Below the pieces are notes generated by a model. The model did no database searches. It was not told the origin of the DNA and saw only the letters and a list, made by a program, of their open reading frames with translations. DNA of 64,000 nt, taken from contig NC_086097.1 in assembly GCF_963921235.1 (NCBI RefSeq), positions 110,548,001-110,612,000 on the forward strand, written 5' to 3'. The DNA comes from Mobula hypostoma (Eukaryota). Positions within the stretch are counted from its first letter, which is position 1; every line of letters starts with the position of its first letter. A program made the translations under genes and the position numbers. Shown piece by piece: positions 25,912-39,799 of the stretch.

Positions 25912-26149
25912 TAAGGAACTACCTACGAAACTGTGCGTGGAAACCAGTGCTTCAGCCCTGAGCAATGAATGAATGAATGTAGAAGCAAAGATAAATATTG
26001 TAGTGTGTGGAACAATCAGGGAAATATTTTTCAAAGCTTTCCCTTGGAAGACTGATTCATTTTCCAGCTTAACAGACTACAACCAAGCTTTTGAATGTTT
26101 TAATTGATGTGCCATGTCATGATTCATACAAGCCACGCAGGAACGAAAG

Positions 26150-26640
26150 CCTTCAAGATCGTTTAATGTCCTTTTCAGTACACAAGTACAAAGGAAAAAA
26201 AAATAATTGTTACTCTGGATCCAATGCAGCACAGAAAACACGCAAAGATAAAGAACACACAAGATAACTATATACATAGATTGATTGTATGTCCATAACG
26301 TGATGCTAGGCACAAGTGTGTCTGTACTTAGGCGACTCTGACTGGAAATGATAAAGTAGTGGTGGTTAGGGGTGGGTTAGTGGGTGGAGTTTTGATCAGC
26401 CTTACGGTTTGGGAAAGTGACTGTTTTTTGAGTTAAGTGTTCCTGCCATGGATGCTATGTAGCCTCCTCCCTGAAGGGACAGGGACAAACAGCCCACGAG
26501 CAGGGTAAGTGGGATCCTTCATGATGCTACTGACCCTTTTCCAGCACCTTTCTGTATACACGTCCTTGATGGCAGGTAGGCTGGTGTCAGTAATGCGCTG
26601 GGCAGTTTTGTCTACAGCTTTCCTGTCCACCGCAGTGAAA
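26150..26640 (-). mobile_element. Rex-Babar-type LINE 3' end
   Basis: ORF 26433-26663 AQRITDTSLPAIKDVY..SIMKDPTYPARGLFVPVPSGRR. Confidence 0.8.
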
Positions 26641-26947
26641 AATCTAGTGGATCTCTCTTTCACAACTAAGATAGCCAGCCTCTCTGTTAGGAGTTCTTGC
26701 TATGATGTCCAAATGTTTGGACTGGACAGACAGAATTGGAATAAAGTTTAAAGTGATCAAAAAGAACACAGAAAAGAAGTCCAACACAGAGTTAATCTTT
26801 TGAAAATGGAACTGCTGAGAGCAACATAGAACTAAAGGAAATCCCCACACAAGGACAATGACTAACAGACCAATCCTATCGACATTTATCAAAACATACT
26901 ATCACTGCAGCATCTGGTGTAAGCATAACACAAGTCAGCACTCTTAC

Positions 26948-27034
26948 CTTAGAATGCCGTCTCATGAAAGGAAATCCCACGCTGCATTGCAGGAAATCTG
27001 ACTCCACCAGCTCACAGTTAGTGCCTTTTTCTTC
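26948..27034 (-). CDS. ITGA9: Integrin alpha-9-like coding exon (87 bp)
   Basis: cttcAG|GAA GAA AAA...TCT AAG|GTaaga. Encodes EEKGTNCELVESDFLQCSVGFPFMRRHSK (ITGA9 as recalled: EEMGISCELLESDFLKCSVGFPFMRSKSK). Phase 0/0, joins in frame with both neighbouring exons. Confidence 0.95.
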
Positions 27035-27679
27035 CTGAAGTGATAATGGAAAGGGTAACAATTTGTTAATCATGGTTCCAAACAATAGTCAATAAAGGGA
27101 GTAGGATATCAGCTCTCTCTTCACCTGCTCATTATAGTGCCACACCATGTAGACCCTATGGTGATTAAAAGACTAGAGGAAACAGCAGATTTCAGAGCAT
27201 TTTAACTTTAAAAACAAGTCAATCACTTTTTAATTAAAGCTTGTGAAAATATTCTGGAGAACAACTCAGTACAGTTCACCAAACATTTGTTAATGCTGCA
27301 GCCTCAGCTTTAAATTCTCAGTTACGAGGAACTGATGTTTCAAAACACAATAGTTTTTCCACTTTTATCACTTGTGTCATATAGTCGTAGACAGTTCTGC
27401 TTGCCTCAGTTTTGGATTGGGGCAGCATGGAAGCATAACGGTTAGTGCAATCACATTATAACACCAGTGATCGCCGATCCAAAATACATACTTCCCATCA
27501 GTATTCAACAGAGTGGAAGCTGAAGAGTTAAGACAGGGATATGCTGATATTCTTGAACACTCGTGTGTCAAGAAGGAAGAAGTGCTAAAAATACTGGAGT
27601 GCATTACAGTAGATAAATTCCCAGTGATGGACAGGATTTTGAGAGATCCCAGGTGGACACCACCCCCTAGCTTTACACT

Positions 27680-28740
27680 GATCTCTGGAACATCTCAACA
27701 GTAAAGACACCTCTGTCAGATTACTGTTTATTGAGTACAGTTCTGCCTTCAATTCCAAGCAAACTCTGGACCCAGGGAGTCAATGTGCTTGCTCTGCAAC
27801 TGGAGCCTTAACTTCCAGACCAATAATCAGTAAAGATAGCAACACTTCCACCACTATTATGCTGAACAATGGTGCTCTACAAGGTCACGTCCACCAGCCA
27901 CCTAGGTACCCCCTGTACACTGATGTACGTGTGGCCAGATTCTGCTCTAACTCCGCACAGTACATACGTTTTCAGATGATACCACCGTAATGGCCATATC
28001 TCAACGACGAATGGGGGTTACAGAGAGGAGATTAGGAGTTGAGTAACATGGTGACATGACAGCAGCCTTTACCTCATCAGAGTTAGCAGAACAAAAGAGC
28101 TGGTATCGTTTTAGTAAGGGGGGTGGTGCACATGCTAATGTAAACATCAGTGGTATAGAGGGTGAAAGGGTTATGAGCTTCAAGTTCCGAGGAGTGAACA
28201 CCACCAATACCCAGTACTGGTCTAACTACACAGACAGCTCAGCCAGGAAAGTTCACCTGGTGAATGCCTCTACTTCCTCAGAAGGCTAAAGAAATTTGGC
28301 CCTTGCCAATTTTTATCAATGCGCAATAGGAAGCATCCTTTCTGGATGCATAACAGCTTAGTGTGGCAACCATACTCAGTGAAGCAGACAGCGAAATGAC
28401 CCCACCCACCCTGGGTGTTCTCTCTTCTCCATTTTCCCATCAGGCAGAAGATACAAAAACCTGAAAGCACGTATCACCGGGGTCAAGTACAGCTTCTACC
28501 CTGCTGTTATAAAACTATTATATGGTTCCCCAGAGGGATAACGTGGACTCCTGATCTTACAACCTTATTGTTTAGCTCCACTGCACTTCCTCTGTAGCTG
28601 TTACAGCTCATTCTGCATCCTGTTCTTGTACTACCTCAATGCACTGTGTAATGATCTGATCTGGATGAACAGTGTGCAAGCTAAGCTTTTCACTATAACT
28701 CAGTACATGTGACAATAATCTATCAAATCCAATTCTGAGG
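27680..28740 (+). mobile_element. Degenerate Rex-Babar-type LINE
   Basis: LLFIEYSSAFN, GALQG, FSDD, SFKFRGV motifs. Confidence 0.65.
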
Positions 28741-28909
28741 TAAGGGGTTGCTAGGGATGTGATAAACATGTTTCCTTCTTCTTTAGCCACAGGTGGGGTA
28801 CAAAGAGATTGGAGGGTAGCTTATGTTGTCTTATTCAAGAAAGAGCAGTTAGGGTTAAGCCCTGAGACTACAAGCCGCTGAGCTTTAATTCAGTGGTAGG
28901 AACACCGAT

Positions 28910-30940
28910 CTACTACCAATCTCTGGCTTCTCCCACAAAGCCAATGTCTAATCCAATTTACTATCTCACCCTGAATACCAAGCAACTGAACATTCTTGAC
29001 CAGCCTCCCATGTGGGACCTTGTAAAATGCCTTACTAAAGTCCACGTAGACAACATCCACCAGCTCACCTTCATCAACTTTCCTGGTAACTTACTCGAAA
29101 AGTTCTATAAAGTTGGTTAGACATGACATATCACACACAAAGCCAAGCTGACTATCCCTAATCAGTCCATGTCAATCCAAATACTCATATATATCCTGTC
29201 CCTCAGAATACTTTCCAATAATTTTCCCAGTACTGATGTCAGGCTCACCGGCCTATAATTTCCTGGTTTCAGTTTAGAGCCTTTTTTAAACAGCGGAATA
29301 ACACTGGCCATCCTCCAATCCTCTGCTACTTCTCCTGTCATGAAGGATGTTTTAAATATCTCTGCTGGGGCCCCAGCAAGTTCTGCACTTGCCTCCCATG
29401 GGTTTAAGGGAATACCTTGTCAGGCCCTGGAGATTTATCCACCCTGATTTGCCTCAGGGTAGCAAACACCTCCTCCTCTGTAATCTGTACAGGGTCCATG
29501 AAGTTGATACCATTTTACCTCACTTCTGTATTTGTCTCCTGGGTAAATACAATGCAAAGAATTCATTTAAGATCTCCCCCATCTGTTTTGGCTGCACACA
29601 TGGATTACCACTCACGTCTTCTGAAGGACCAATTTTGTCCCTTTTGCTCTTAACATATCTGTAGAATCCCTTAGGATTCTCATTCTCCTTGTCTGCCAGA
29701 GCAACTCCATGCCTTCTTCTAGCCCTCCTGATGTCTTTCTTAAGTGTTCTTTTGCATTTCTTGTATTCCATAACCACTTCATTTGTTCTTACTGGCCTAT
29801 ACCTGTTATGCACTGCCTTTTTTCTCAACCAGGGCCTCAATATCTCTTGAAAACTAATGTTTCCTACACTTGTTATCTTTACCTTTTATCCTGCCAGGCA
29901 CATACAAGCTTTCTTCTCTCAAAATTTCATATTTTAAGGCATCTCACTTTCCAAGTACACCTTTGCCAGAAAACAGCCTCTCCCAATCCATACTTGACAG
30001 ATAATTTCTGATACCATCAAAATCAGCCTTTCTCCAATTTAGAATCTCAACCCACAGATCAGACCTATCACTTTGTGTATTTAATTTGAAACTAACGACA
30101 TGGTGGACACTGGATGCAAAGTGTACCTTTACACAAATTTCTGTCACCTGCCCTGTCTCATTCCCTAATAGCAGATCCAGTATCACATGTTTTCTCACTG
30201 GGACTTCCACATACTGATGAAGGGAATTTTCCTGACCACATTTGACAAACTCTATCCTATCTAGTCCTTTCACAGAATAAGATTCCCAATCAATATGTGG
30301 AAAGTTAAAATCACTTACAATAACAACCTTATGTTTCTTGCAACAGTCTGCATTCTCTCTATAAATTTGTTTATCTAGATCCTTAGGACTGTTGGGTGGT
30401 GTGTAATATAGCCCTATTAACGTGGTCATACGTTTCTTATTTCTCAATTCCACCCATTGTGCCTCACTAGTCAAGTTCTCCAGTCTGTCCTGACTGAGCA
30501 CTGCTGTGACATTTTCACTGACTAGTAATGCCACCCCACCTCCTTTAATCCCTCTCTCTTTGTCACGTCTAAAACAATGGAACCCCAGAACAGTGAGCTG
30601 CCAATCCCGCCCCTCCTGGAACCAAGTCTCACTAATGGCTACAACTTCATAATTCCTGGCATTGATCCGTGCCAAGCTCATCCGCCTTTCCTATGATACT
30701 TCTTGCATTGAAATATAGGCAGCTCAGAACACTAGTCACACCATGTTCAACCTTTTGATTCCTGACTTTGTCTGAGGTCTTACCAACATCTGCCTCCACA
30801 ACCTCTCCACCAACTGTTCTGGCACTCTGGTTCCTATCCCCCTGCAATTCTAGTTTAAACCCCACTGTGCTGCATTAACAACCCTTCCTAGGATATTTGT
30901 CCCCCTCCAGTTCAGGTGCAAACTGTCCCTTCTGTGCAGG
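28910..30940 (-). mobile_element. CR1 LINE with APE endonuclease and start of RT
   Basis: CLYFNARSIIGKADEL, VAISETW, GGGVALLV, GLYYTPP, SDFNFP, LDLLLGN (ORFs 29944-30865). Confidence 0.9.
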
Positions 30941-32664
30941 CTTAACTGGTCAAGTATAACTTGCAAATAAATAGTCAGCAGCAACTAGCCGCTGTTGCTG
31001 ATGTGACCGTGCTCCACCATGAGAAACTTTTAAAAGTTCTGATGGCTAAGTCTAATACCATGAGCTCCAATTCCCAAAGGAAGCCATTTTTATAATAAAA
31101 GATAATGAGAATTTCCTCAATTTGTTCTAATAATTGTTGACTCAGTAAATGTAATCTGGCAACTGATTTCTGCCACAGCTTTTTTCTCAGGCCGGTAGCA
31201 TGCTGATATGCAACTAGACTCCAGCAATCACTTAATACTTATTTTAAGTTTGGAAATGACCAGTTATGTAGTGGCTGCTGTTTTATACCTCACCTAAGTT
31301 CATGTCTACTACAGTGCGTTAAATAATCAGTTCATCTAGCATTTTGTGAGCTGCTCCAGATTCCAGTCTCTTGTGTCTCCAAATAATCAGATAGTCAATC
31401 AACTCTTGCCCGCAGTCTCACTCAGTTTGTCCCATCTGTTTCTCTCTGGTTGCTCTCAAAATGTGAAGTATCAAAACCTCTCAAAAGAGGTGGAGGGTCT
31501 TGAAGGTGGTCAGGCTTTGGGGTGAGGTGTAAAGATGTGTGTAGAGAAGGCATGAGAGTCTTCTCATGGGCTCAGAAGGCACAGTTGTTTCTCCTGACCC
31601 AAGAGGAACCTTGTCTGCCTGTTAATCTCTAACCACCATTGTCTTCAAAGTTCACTTGTTCTTCATGGCATTGGCTTTTTTGGTTTCTATTTCCTTTCCT
31701 GATCGGGAGACAATGAAAATCAATCTCTTATTCTGTGGCATGGAGCAAACCTAACATGAAGAAAAGTTAAAATAGTTATGAAAGTCACAGGCTCTCGATC
31801 AACCTTCCCGAGCAGGAAGCTGCACTCAGACCTTCGACTGCAATTCTAGATTGGATCCCAACATCAACACTGCATATTTAAAGGAGCCTGACTTTCCACT
31901 ATTGGTGTCTCACATAGCTGCTTCAGCAAGTTTCAAAACTTACTTCACATCAGCTACCCCCTTACACAGAGAGTGAGCGATGAGGTAGCTTTTCACCTGT
32001 GCTGAGCATATACCTTGCCTGCATTTCCTTGGTCCCAAGATTCTAAAGGTCAACCTAAGAGTAGAGCTGGAGTCAAATGTAGGCCAGAGCCAACTGTGAT
32101 GGCCGGTTTCATTGCCTGAAGAACCTCCTTCAACAAATCCTTCAACACACAAATTAATTCAGTACTAGCTCTTAAGCTGAACTCCCAACCGCAGGTGTGC
32201 AAATCCAGCATCATTACTACTACACAACCATTTTCATCAACCTGAGAGATTTGAGCACCGGAGAAGGTGGAAGTACCTTAAGTAAAACAAACCTTCCCCC
32301 AATTCGCCTATATGTTAAACCAAGGAATCAATTTTCAAAGGGCTACAGATGAGGAAAAAGAGAGTGAAAATAAGAATAGAAATGATCTTTAATGTAACAT
32401 CTACATGCTAGATGGTATCAGTAAGACAAAGGAAAGGAAAGGATTCAAGCATGGTTTCAAAGAATCCTTGAAAAGATTCCCACTGACTCCTTGATCCAGC
32501 ACCACTAAAAGTGTAGGATGGTGTTGGGAACCTTCAGGCCATGTACAGGCAGCACACAGAAGTCCCTGATAAGTGGTAGAAGTGTTCTTCCACACAAACG
32601 ATAATCTTACCATCCTGTCAAGCCTGCACAAAACCAAATGGGAAGCAGAGCGTGCTCAATCCCA

Positions 32665-33170
32665 CGAACAACACACACACACACAATGCTGGAGGAACTC
32701 AGCAGGTCAGGCAGCATCTATGGAAATGAATAAACAGTCAACATTTCAGGCTGAGACCCCTCTTCAAGACTGGAAGGAAGGGGGAGGACACCAGAATAAA
32801 GATGTGGGGGGAGGGGAAGGAGGACTAACTAGAAGGTGACTGGTCAAGCCAGGTGAGTGGGAAAGGTAAAGGACTGGAGAAGAAGGGATCTAATAGGAGA
32901 GGAGAGTGGACCATCACAGAAAGGGAAGGAGGTGGGTCACCAGGATAAAGGTGAAAGGCAGGCGAGAAGTGTGGGGAATAGAAGAGGGAAAGAGAAGGGG
33001 AAAAATCAGAAGGAGAAATTAATGTTCATACCATCAGGTTGGAGGTTACCCAGACATAATATAAGGTGTTGCTCCTCCACTCTGAGAGTGGCCTTATCGT
33101 GGCAAAAGGGGAGGTCATGGATCAACATGTTGGAACTGGAACAGGGAGAGGAAGTAAAATGGTGGCCAAG
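32665..33170 (-). mobile_element. Penelope 3' end + terminus
   Basis: KATLRVEEQHLILCLGNLQPDGMNINFS; near-intact hammerhead with C3>U (cagtc-tTGAAGA...GAAAtgtt-gactg). Confidence 0.8.
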
Positions 33171-33654
33171 AGATCCCAAGAAACTGCCTAAAAATAATTC
33201 CATCTGCTTTCTGTAGTAGCGAAACCTGGACACCCACAAAGGCAGTGAGAAAGTGAGGTGAGACATTTGAAATGCCTCAAAGGCTGTTTCCTCTGCACTT
33301 GTCACAAGTTCATCTGTGAATAATTAAATCAGACAGAAGTCAGGAAATATGAACCTTTAACCATTGGGGGAAAAAAGCATGAAACACATAACCATGAAAC
33401 TCTTACAGGCACTATGCCACAGAACGTAACAGGGGAAGACCTGGAATAAACTGGGTCGGATTAAAACTCACTGATTGCACAAGAATGGCAAAACATGGAA
33501 TGAATTGAGAGACAGGTGCCCCAAAAGCAGATGCAGACTCAGGATCAACTCCATTTGACCAAATAAAAATGCTGCACCACCTCTTGAAAATGATGTCTGA
33601 TCTAATCTTGTGCCCAATGCGGTCACCATCTTCCTGAAAAGAACCAACAACTAT

Positions 33655-33905
33655 TCAGCAAGAATCAGATTTGTTATCACTGACATACAGTGTGAAGTTT
33701 TTGGTTTTGCGGCAGCAGTACAAAGCAAGACAAGAACATAAAAATCTACAAAATACAATAAATAATGCAAAGAAAGGAATTTCATCAATCTGATGGCAGT
33801 GGATGACTGAGTATAGATCTTCAGGCTCCTATACCTCCTCCTTGATGGTAGTAACACGAGGAGGGTATGTCCTTGATAATGAGAGCTTTTAATGATGGAT
33901 GCCAT
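33655..33905 (-). mobile_element. Rex-Babar-type LINE 3' end
   Basis: MASIIKSSHYQGHTLLVLLPSRRRYRSLK. Confidence 0.7.
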
Positions 33906-34049
33906 CTGACAGTTTCATTCAACACATAAAATGTTAGACAATAAAATTTACCTTCAAGGCTGTAACTGGGCAAGCTGTTCGAAGCTAACCACCGTAATCA
34001 TTCATAAATGTCTTAGAAGCAATCAGGAATAGATATACAATAAAAAAAT

Positions 34050-34365
34050 CTCCCTTCCCCTCTTCCTCTTTCCCCCACTCTGGCCTTTTGCCTCTTCTCA
34101 TCTGCCTATCACTTCCCCCGGGTCCCATTCTCCTATGGTCCACTCTCCTCTCCTATTAGATTCCTTCTTCTCCAGCTTTTTTATCTTTCCTGCCCACCTT
34201 GCTTCACCTATCACCTTCCAGTTAACCTTCTTCCCCTCCCCCTGCTTTTTTTCGGGCGTCTTCCCCCTTCCTTTCCAGTCCTGAAGAAGGGTGTCGTTGA
34301 CAATTTATTCATTCCCATAGATGCTATCTGACCTGTTAAGTTCCTTCAGCACTTTGTGTAGGCTG
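34050..34365 (+). mobile_element. Penelope terminal fragment
   Basis: Pyrimidine-rich segment, ccagtcCTGAAGAagggt (truncated hammerhead) and terminal unit. Confidence 0.65.
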
Positions 34366-35819
34366 CATAGAAATAGAAATTTGTTGATTTTTTCATTTGA
34401 GTTCATGAATCTAAGATCAAATATAGTCCCTCCCATCCTTTACCCTGTTAAAACCACTGAGGATTGAACATCTTTGGTCCACAGGCTTTCATAGGTCATG
34501 GCTCATTTATTTATTAAAATAACTGGGAAGATAATCCCTTTTAGGAGTATCAAAAACAACAGTGCCTAGGTTAAGATGAGAGAAAGGAGTTTTAAGAAGA
34601 TTTGAGAGGATTTTTTAAAACATAGACAACGATTGATATCTAGAATTTGTTGCCGGAGAGGGTGGAATCAGATATAATTAGTACATTTAAGAAGCTCTTT
34701 AACAGGGACTTAGGGGCAATTTAAAGAAGGGTATAGGCCAAATGTGGGCAAATAGGATTAATCTTGAGGGGTAAAGAGATCGCCATGGACAATATGGCCT
34801 GTTTCTGTGCTGTGCAAATCTATGATTCAGATTCCACAGCAGAAAAATATGAACAGACTCAGAGAAACTTTGAATATTTCTGTAATGTCTGATACTATCT
34901 CATCAGCAGGGAAAATTGAGAGCAGGAGAATGGTGTGGAAAGATAATATATCAGCCATGATTAAGTTGCAGAGCACACTGGATGGGCTGAATGGCCTAAC
35001 TTTGCACATACGTCTTATGGAAAGTATACCACAATGAGTAAAAGAAGCTTAAAATGATAAGTATTAAAAGATTGTTAGCAAGTATTAATTGCAAAACACA
35101 GTAAAAAAAACAAATTCAAAAGGAAAACTTAGCACAATTCTTCTTTTCCCATGCTCATCTTATGTCAACACAATCTCATTTCATTTGCCTTATGAAAATT
35201 TTTAGCATGTCTGCATTTGGCACTGCTGGTACATGTTCTTGTAAATTCCATGATCTCAGTAGCAAGTCTTCTCTCACTCCCCTCCCTTCTCAGTTGTTAA
35301 CTTCCAATTACAAACTAGTAGAAGAATATGAATGGCCAGTGCTAGCAAAACTATTTTCAGTGAATATTGTGAAAAGATTAAACTCAGAACAGCTGGGATG
35401 TTTTTCCATTTAAATACATGTATGAGTGGCTGGTGCTGTACAGGAAATATAAGTGCTCCAGTTCAGAGTCTGTCTTTACATTAAACAAAGCCTTTGGGTG
35501 TTCTTGAAAGAAATACAATTTCTTGTGCATGGAATGTTAGCCATAAAGCTGAAGTTAAAAAAATATGAACTGTACATTCATAAGGAATTTGGAATGTTTT
35601 GTAAAATTAGAGTAATTAAAGGACATCTCTCCTGGGTTCTATTCAAATATTCTTTTAACATTTGGGTCGCTATTACTAGACAATTTTCCAAGTGGGCCTT
35701 ATCAAATAATTTAAAAATGAAAAACATTGCTGCTTTCAAATATTATGAAGACGGTGTGATTTGCAGGACAAAAAAATACTTGCCTTCAATACCTCACACA
35801 GTATATTAACTAACATTTT

Positions 35820-37940
35820 GGCCCAACTAGTTCACGCTGAACAAAATTCTTATTTAAACTAGTCTCCTATTTGGTCCATGTTCCTCAAAAACATTCCTAT
35901 TCATGCATTTGTCTAAATGTCTCTACCGCTCCCTCTCATTCCATATACTGACCACACTCTGCGTGAAAATGTTGCCCCTCATTTTCCTATTAAATCTCTT
36001 CTCTCCTACCTTAAACCTTTGCTCTTTAGTTCTCAGTTCCTTAACACCAGGAAAAGACTCTGCTTAATAGCTCTAACAATGCTTTTCGTTATCTTATACA
36101 CCTCTATAAATTCACATTTCATTTTCTTACGCACCAACGAAAATGTCCTAAACTGCTCAACTTCCCTACATAATCCAGTCCCTCAAGACCTGGCAACATG
36201 TCAATCTCCTTACAGCACAAGATCTAAAGCAGAATTAGGGTATTCGGCTCATCAAATCTGTTCTGACTCTATCATGGCTAATTTAACCCCATTTAACTCT
36301 CAACCCCATTTTCCTGTCTTCACCCCGTAACCTTTGACACGATTAATCAAGAACCTACCAACCTCTGCCTTAAATATGCCTAATGACTTGGCCTCACAGC
36401 TGCCTGTGGCAATGAATGCTACAGATTCACCACCCTCTGGCTAAAGAAACTTTTCCTCATCACTGTTCAAAATGGACATCCCTTAATTCTGAGGCTGTAC
36501 CCTCCGGTTCAAGACTCCACCACTATAGAAAAACATCCTCTCCACATCCACTTTATCCAGATTTTTCAATATTTGATGGATTTGCATGAGATCACACACC
36601 CCTCCCCCCATTCTTCTAAACTCCAGCCAGTATAGGGCCAGAGCTATCAAACGCTCTTCATACGTCAACCCTTTCAGTCCTGGGATCATTCTTGGTGAAC
36701 CTCCTCTGGACTCTCTCCAATGTCAGCACATTCTTTCTAAGATAAGAGGCCCAAATCTGCTCACAATATTCTAAGTGCAGTCTGACCAATGCCTTCTAAA
36801 CCCTCAGCATTATATCTTTGCTTTTGTTTCCGAGTCCTCTTGAAATGAATGCTAACATTGCATTTGCCTTCCTCACCACTGACTCAACCTGCAAGTTAAC
36901 CTTTAGGGAACCCTGCACAAGGACTCCAAAGTCCCTCTGCACCTCTTATTTTTTAATTTTCTCCCCATTTACAAAATAGTCCACATGTTTATTGCTTCTG
37001 CCAAAGCGCATGACAATACACTTCTCTACATTATATTCCATTAGCCACTTTTTTGCCCATCCCCAATCTGTCTAAGTCCTTCTGCAGACATCTTGCTTCC
37101 TCAACACTACCTGCCCTTCCACCTATCTTCGTATCGTCCACAAACTTGGCCACAAAGCCATCAATCCCTTCATCCAAATCATTGACATACAAAGTGAAAA
37201 GAAGCAGTACCAACACTGACCCCTAAGGCACACCACTACTGACTGGCAGCCAACCCTATATTCTCATTCTTTGCTGCCTGCTTGTCCTGTATATCATAAG
37301 CTTTTTCTTTGTTAAGCAGCCTCATATGCAGTACCTTGTAAGAGGTCTTCTGAAAATCCAAATAAACAGCATCTACTGATCCTCCTTTGTCTATCTTGCC
37401 TGTTATTTCCTCAATGAATTCCAACAGGTTTGTCAGGCAAGATTTCCTTCCCCTTGAGGAAACCATGTTGACCTTGATCTTTTTTATTATGTGCCTCCAA
37501 GTAACCCAAAAGCTCATCCTTAAGAATGGACTCCCAACATCTTTCAAGCTAACTTGTCCTTTCTTCTGCCTCCCTTCTTCCTTAAAGGGGGAGCGATATT
37601 TGCAATTTTCTAGTCCTCAGGAACCATTCCAGAATCTAATGATTATTGAATGATCATTACTAATGCCTCCACAATCTCTTCAGCTACAGTACTTCTTTCA
37701 GAACCCTGGAGTATAGACCATCTGGTCCAGGTGACCTTTCAGCTTCCCAAGCACCTTCTCCTTAGTAATAGTAACTGCATTCACTCCTGCCCCAACACTC
37801 TCACATTCCTGGCATACTGCTAGCGTCTTCTGCACTGAAGACTGACACAAAATATCTATTATGTTCATATGCCATTTCTTTGTCCCCCATTACTACCTCT
37901 CCAGCAGTCCGATATCCACTCTCATCTCTCTTTTACTCCT
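35820..37940 (-). mobile_element. Two adjacent CR1 LINE fragments (3' ends at ~35820 and ~36210)
   Basis: SCLTNLLEF..VYLDFQK, FVAKFVDDTKIGG, MIPGLKGLTYEERL. Confidence 0.85.
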
Positions 37941-37972
37941 TATACAGACAATAGATACAGGAGTGTCTGTAC

Positions 37973-38806
37973 TGTTACGTACCCCGTAACTGGGTTGCCA
38001 AACCAGCAGAAATGGACCACTTAGTTGGAGTCTGGATTACTGGAACTAAGAAAGTTTTATTAAAGAAATAAGTAACACAGTACTCTAATCGTAAGGATAT
38101 AAATGCAACGGGTTAGCAATGATAAAACACACATGTACACAGAACTAGGATAAATGGGAATCAATCAAGCTCTATCGCAGTCTAGGGGTAAAATGATCAG
38201 TCTCAAGTGACGCAGAGTTCAGTTCAGCTGAGTACAGTTCACAGCAATCGCTGTTGTGCTGTTGGGGAGAGAGAGAGAGCGAATATGCAAATTGGATTCA
38301 GACAGACCTCTGATACTCCTCACAGTTAGCTTTCGGGCGAGCCCTTTTAATGTCTTCTAAGGTCACCGACTGTGACCCCCCCATTCCGGATACGATCGTT
38401 CTTCCGCGGTGAACCCGGCAACCAGGCAAGGGTGGACACACACACCAGGTTCCCGCCGATCGTGCCTTTTCACCCTGTGCATCTATGGTCGGTCCCGCGA
38501 CCAGACCTCTAAACTTCCACCAACTTGTGGGGGCACACCGCACTTCCAGGGTCTCGTTATCTCGTGATCTCATGGTGTCTCTTGCCTTAGCGAACCTGTT
38601 CCTTTTATCCTCCTGCTGGGGTATCGCCTGTCCATCAAACTTCAAACAGTTCAGGTTCAAAGCAACCGGTCTGTCAATACTCAGATCTGTGTCTCTTTTC
38701 GTTAATCTCTCTTCTCCTCTCTCATTAACATTTGGAATGTTTCTCCATTGTCTCACTTATCTCTCTCATTTGCATCAATCTCCTGATAACTTGGTTTTTC
38801 GTCACA
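37973..38806 (-). repeat. 3' LTR (834 bp)
   Basis: Preceded on the minus strand by the polypurine tract gaaggatagggg (38807-38818); has an 8-bp duplication relative to the 5' LTR. Confidence 0.93.
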
Positions 38807-38881
38807 CCCCTATCCTTCAAAGGATTTTTACCGGGGTAAAAATTATAGGCATGAATACATTATTAGATACACACGAATATA

Positions 38882-39745
38882 TAAACATAGAAACATAGAA
38901 AATAGGTGCAGGAGTAGGCCATTCGGCCTTTTGAGCCTGCACCGCCATTTATTATGATCATGGTTGATCATCCAACTCAGAACCCTGCACCAGCCTTCCC
39001 TCCATACCCCCTGATCCCCGTAGCCACAAGGGCCATATCTAACTCCCTCTTAAATATAGCCAATGAACTGGCTTCAACTGTTTCCTGTGGCAGAGAATTC
39101 CACAGATTCACCACTCTCTGTGTGAAGAAGTTTTTCCTAATCTCGGTCCTAAAAGGTTTCCCCTTTATCCTCAAACTATGACCCCTCGTTCTGGACTTCC
39201 TCAACATCGGGAACAATCTTCCTGCATCTAGCCTGTCCAATCCCTTTAGGATTTTATACGTTTCAATCAGATCCCCCCCTCAATCTTCTAAATTCCAACG
39301 TGTACAAGCCCAGTTCATCCAGTCTTTCTTCATATGAAAGTCCTGCCATCCCAGGAATCAATCTGGTGAACTTCTTTGTACTCCCTCTATGGCAAGGATG
39401 TCTTTCCTCAGATTAGGGGACCAAAACTGCACACAATACTCCAGGTGTGGTCTCACCAAGGCCTTGTACAACTGCAGTAGTACCTCCCTGCTCCTGTACT
39501 CGAATCCTCTCGCTATAAATGCCAGCATACCATTTGCCTTTTTCACCGCCTGCTTTACCTGCATGCCCACTTTCAATGACTGGTGTATAATGACACCCAG
39601 GTCTCGTTGCACCTCCCCTTTTCCTAATCGGCCACCATTCAGATAATAATCTGTTTTCCTATTTTTGCCACCAAAGTGGATAACTTCACATTTATCCACA
39701 TTAAATTGCATCTGCCATGAATTTGCCCACTCACCCAACCTATCC
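38882..39745 (-). mobile_element. Young 5'-truncated CR1 inserted inside the Gypsy element
   Basis: ORFs 39358-39747 and 38977-39240 are well-preserved CR1 C-terminus; (TTTCTATG)n tail; AATATA at 38876-81 and 39746-51 is a possible TSD. Confidence 0.9.
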
Positions 39746-39799
39746 AATATACAGGGTCATCAGCTATTTGGCTAATACAGAGAACTTTAAGTTGTCAAC

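Noticed and set aside
29495..29515. catgaagttgatac (HEVD) matching the expected ITGA9 motif
   Set aside because: Wrong strand and inside a CR1 element; chance match.
38298..38898. 152-aa and 137-aa ORFs as env or accessory genes
   Set aside because: They lie inside the LTR, are frameshifted in the other LTR copy and have no recognisable domain.
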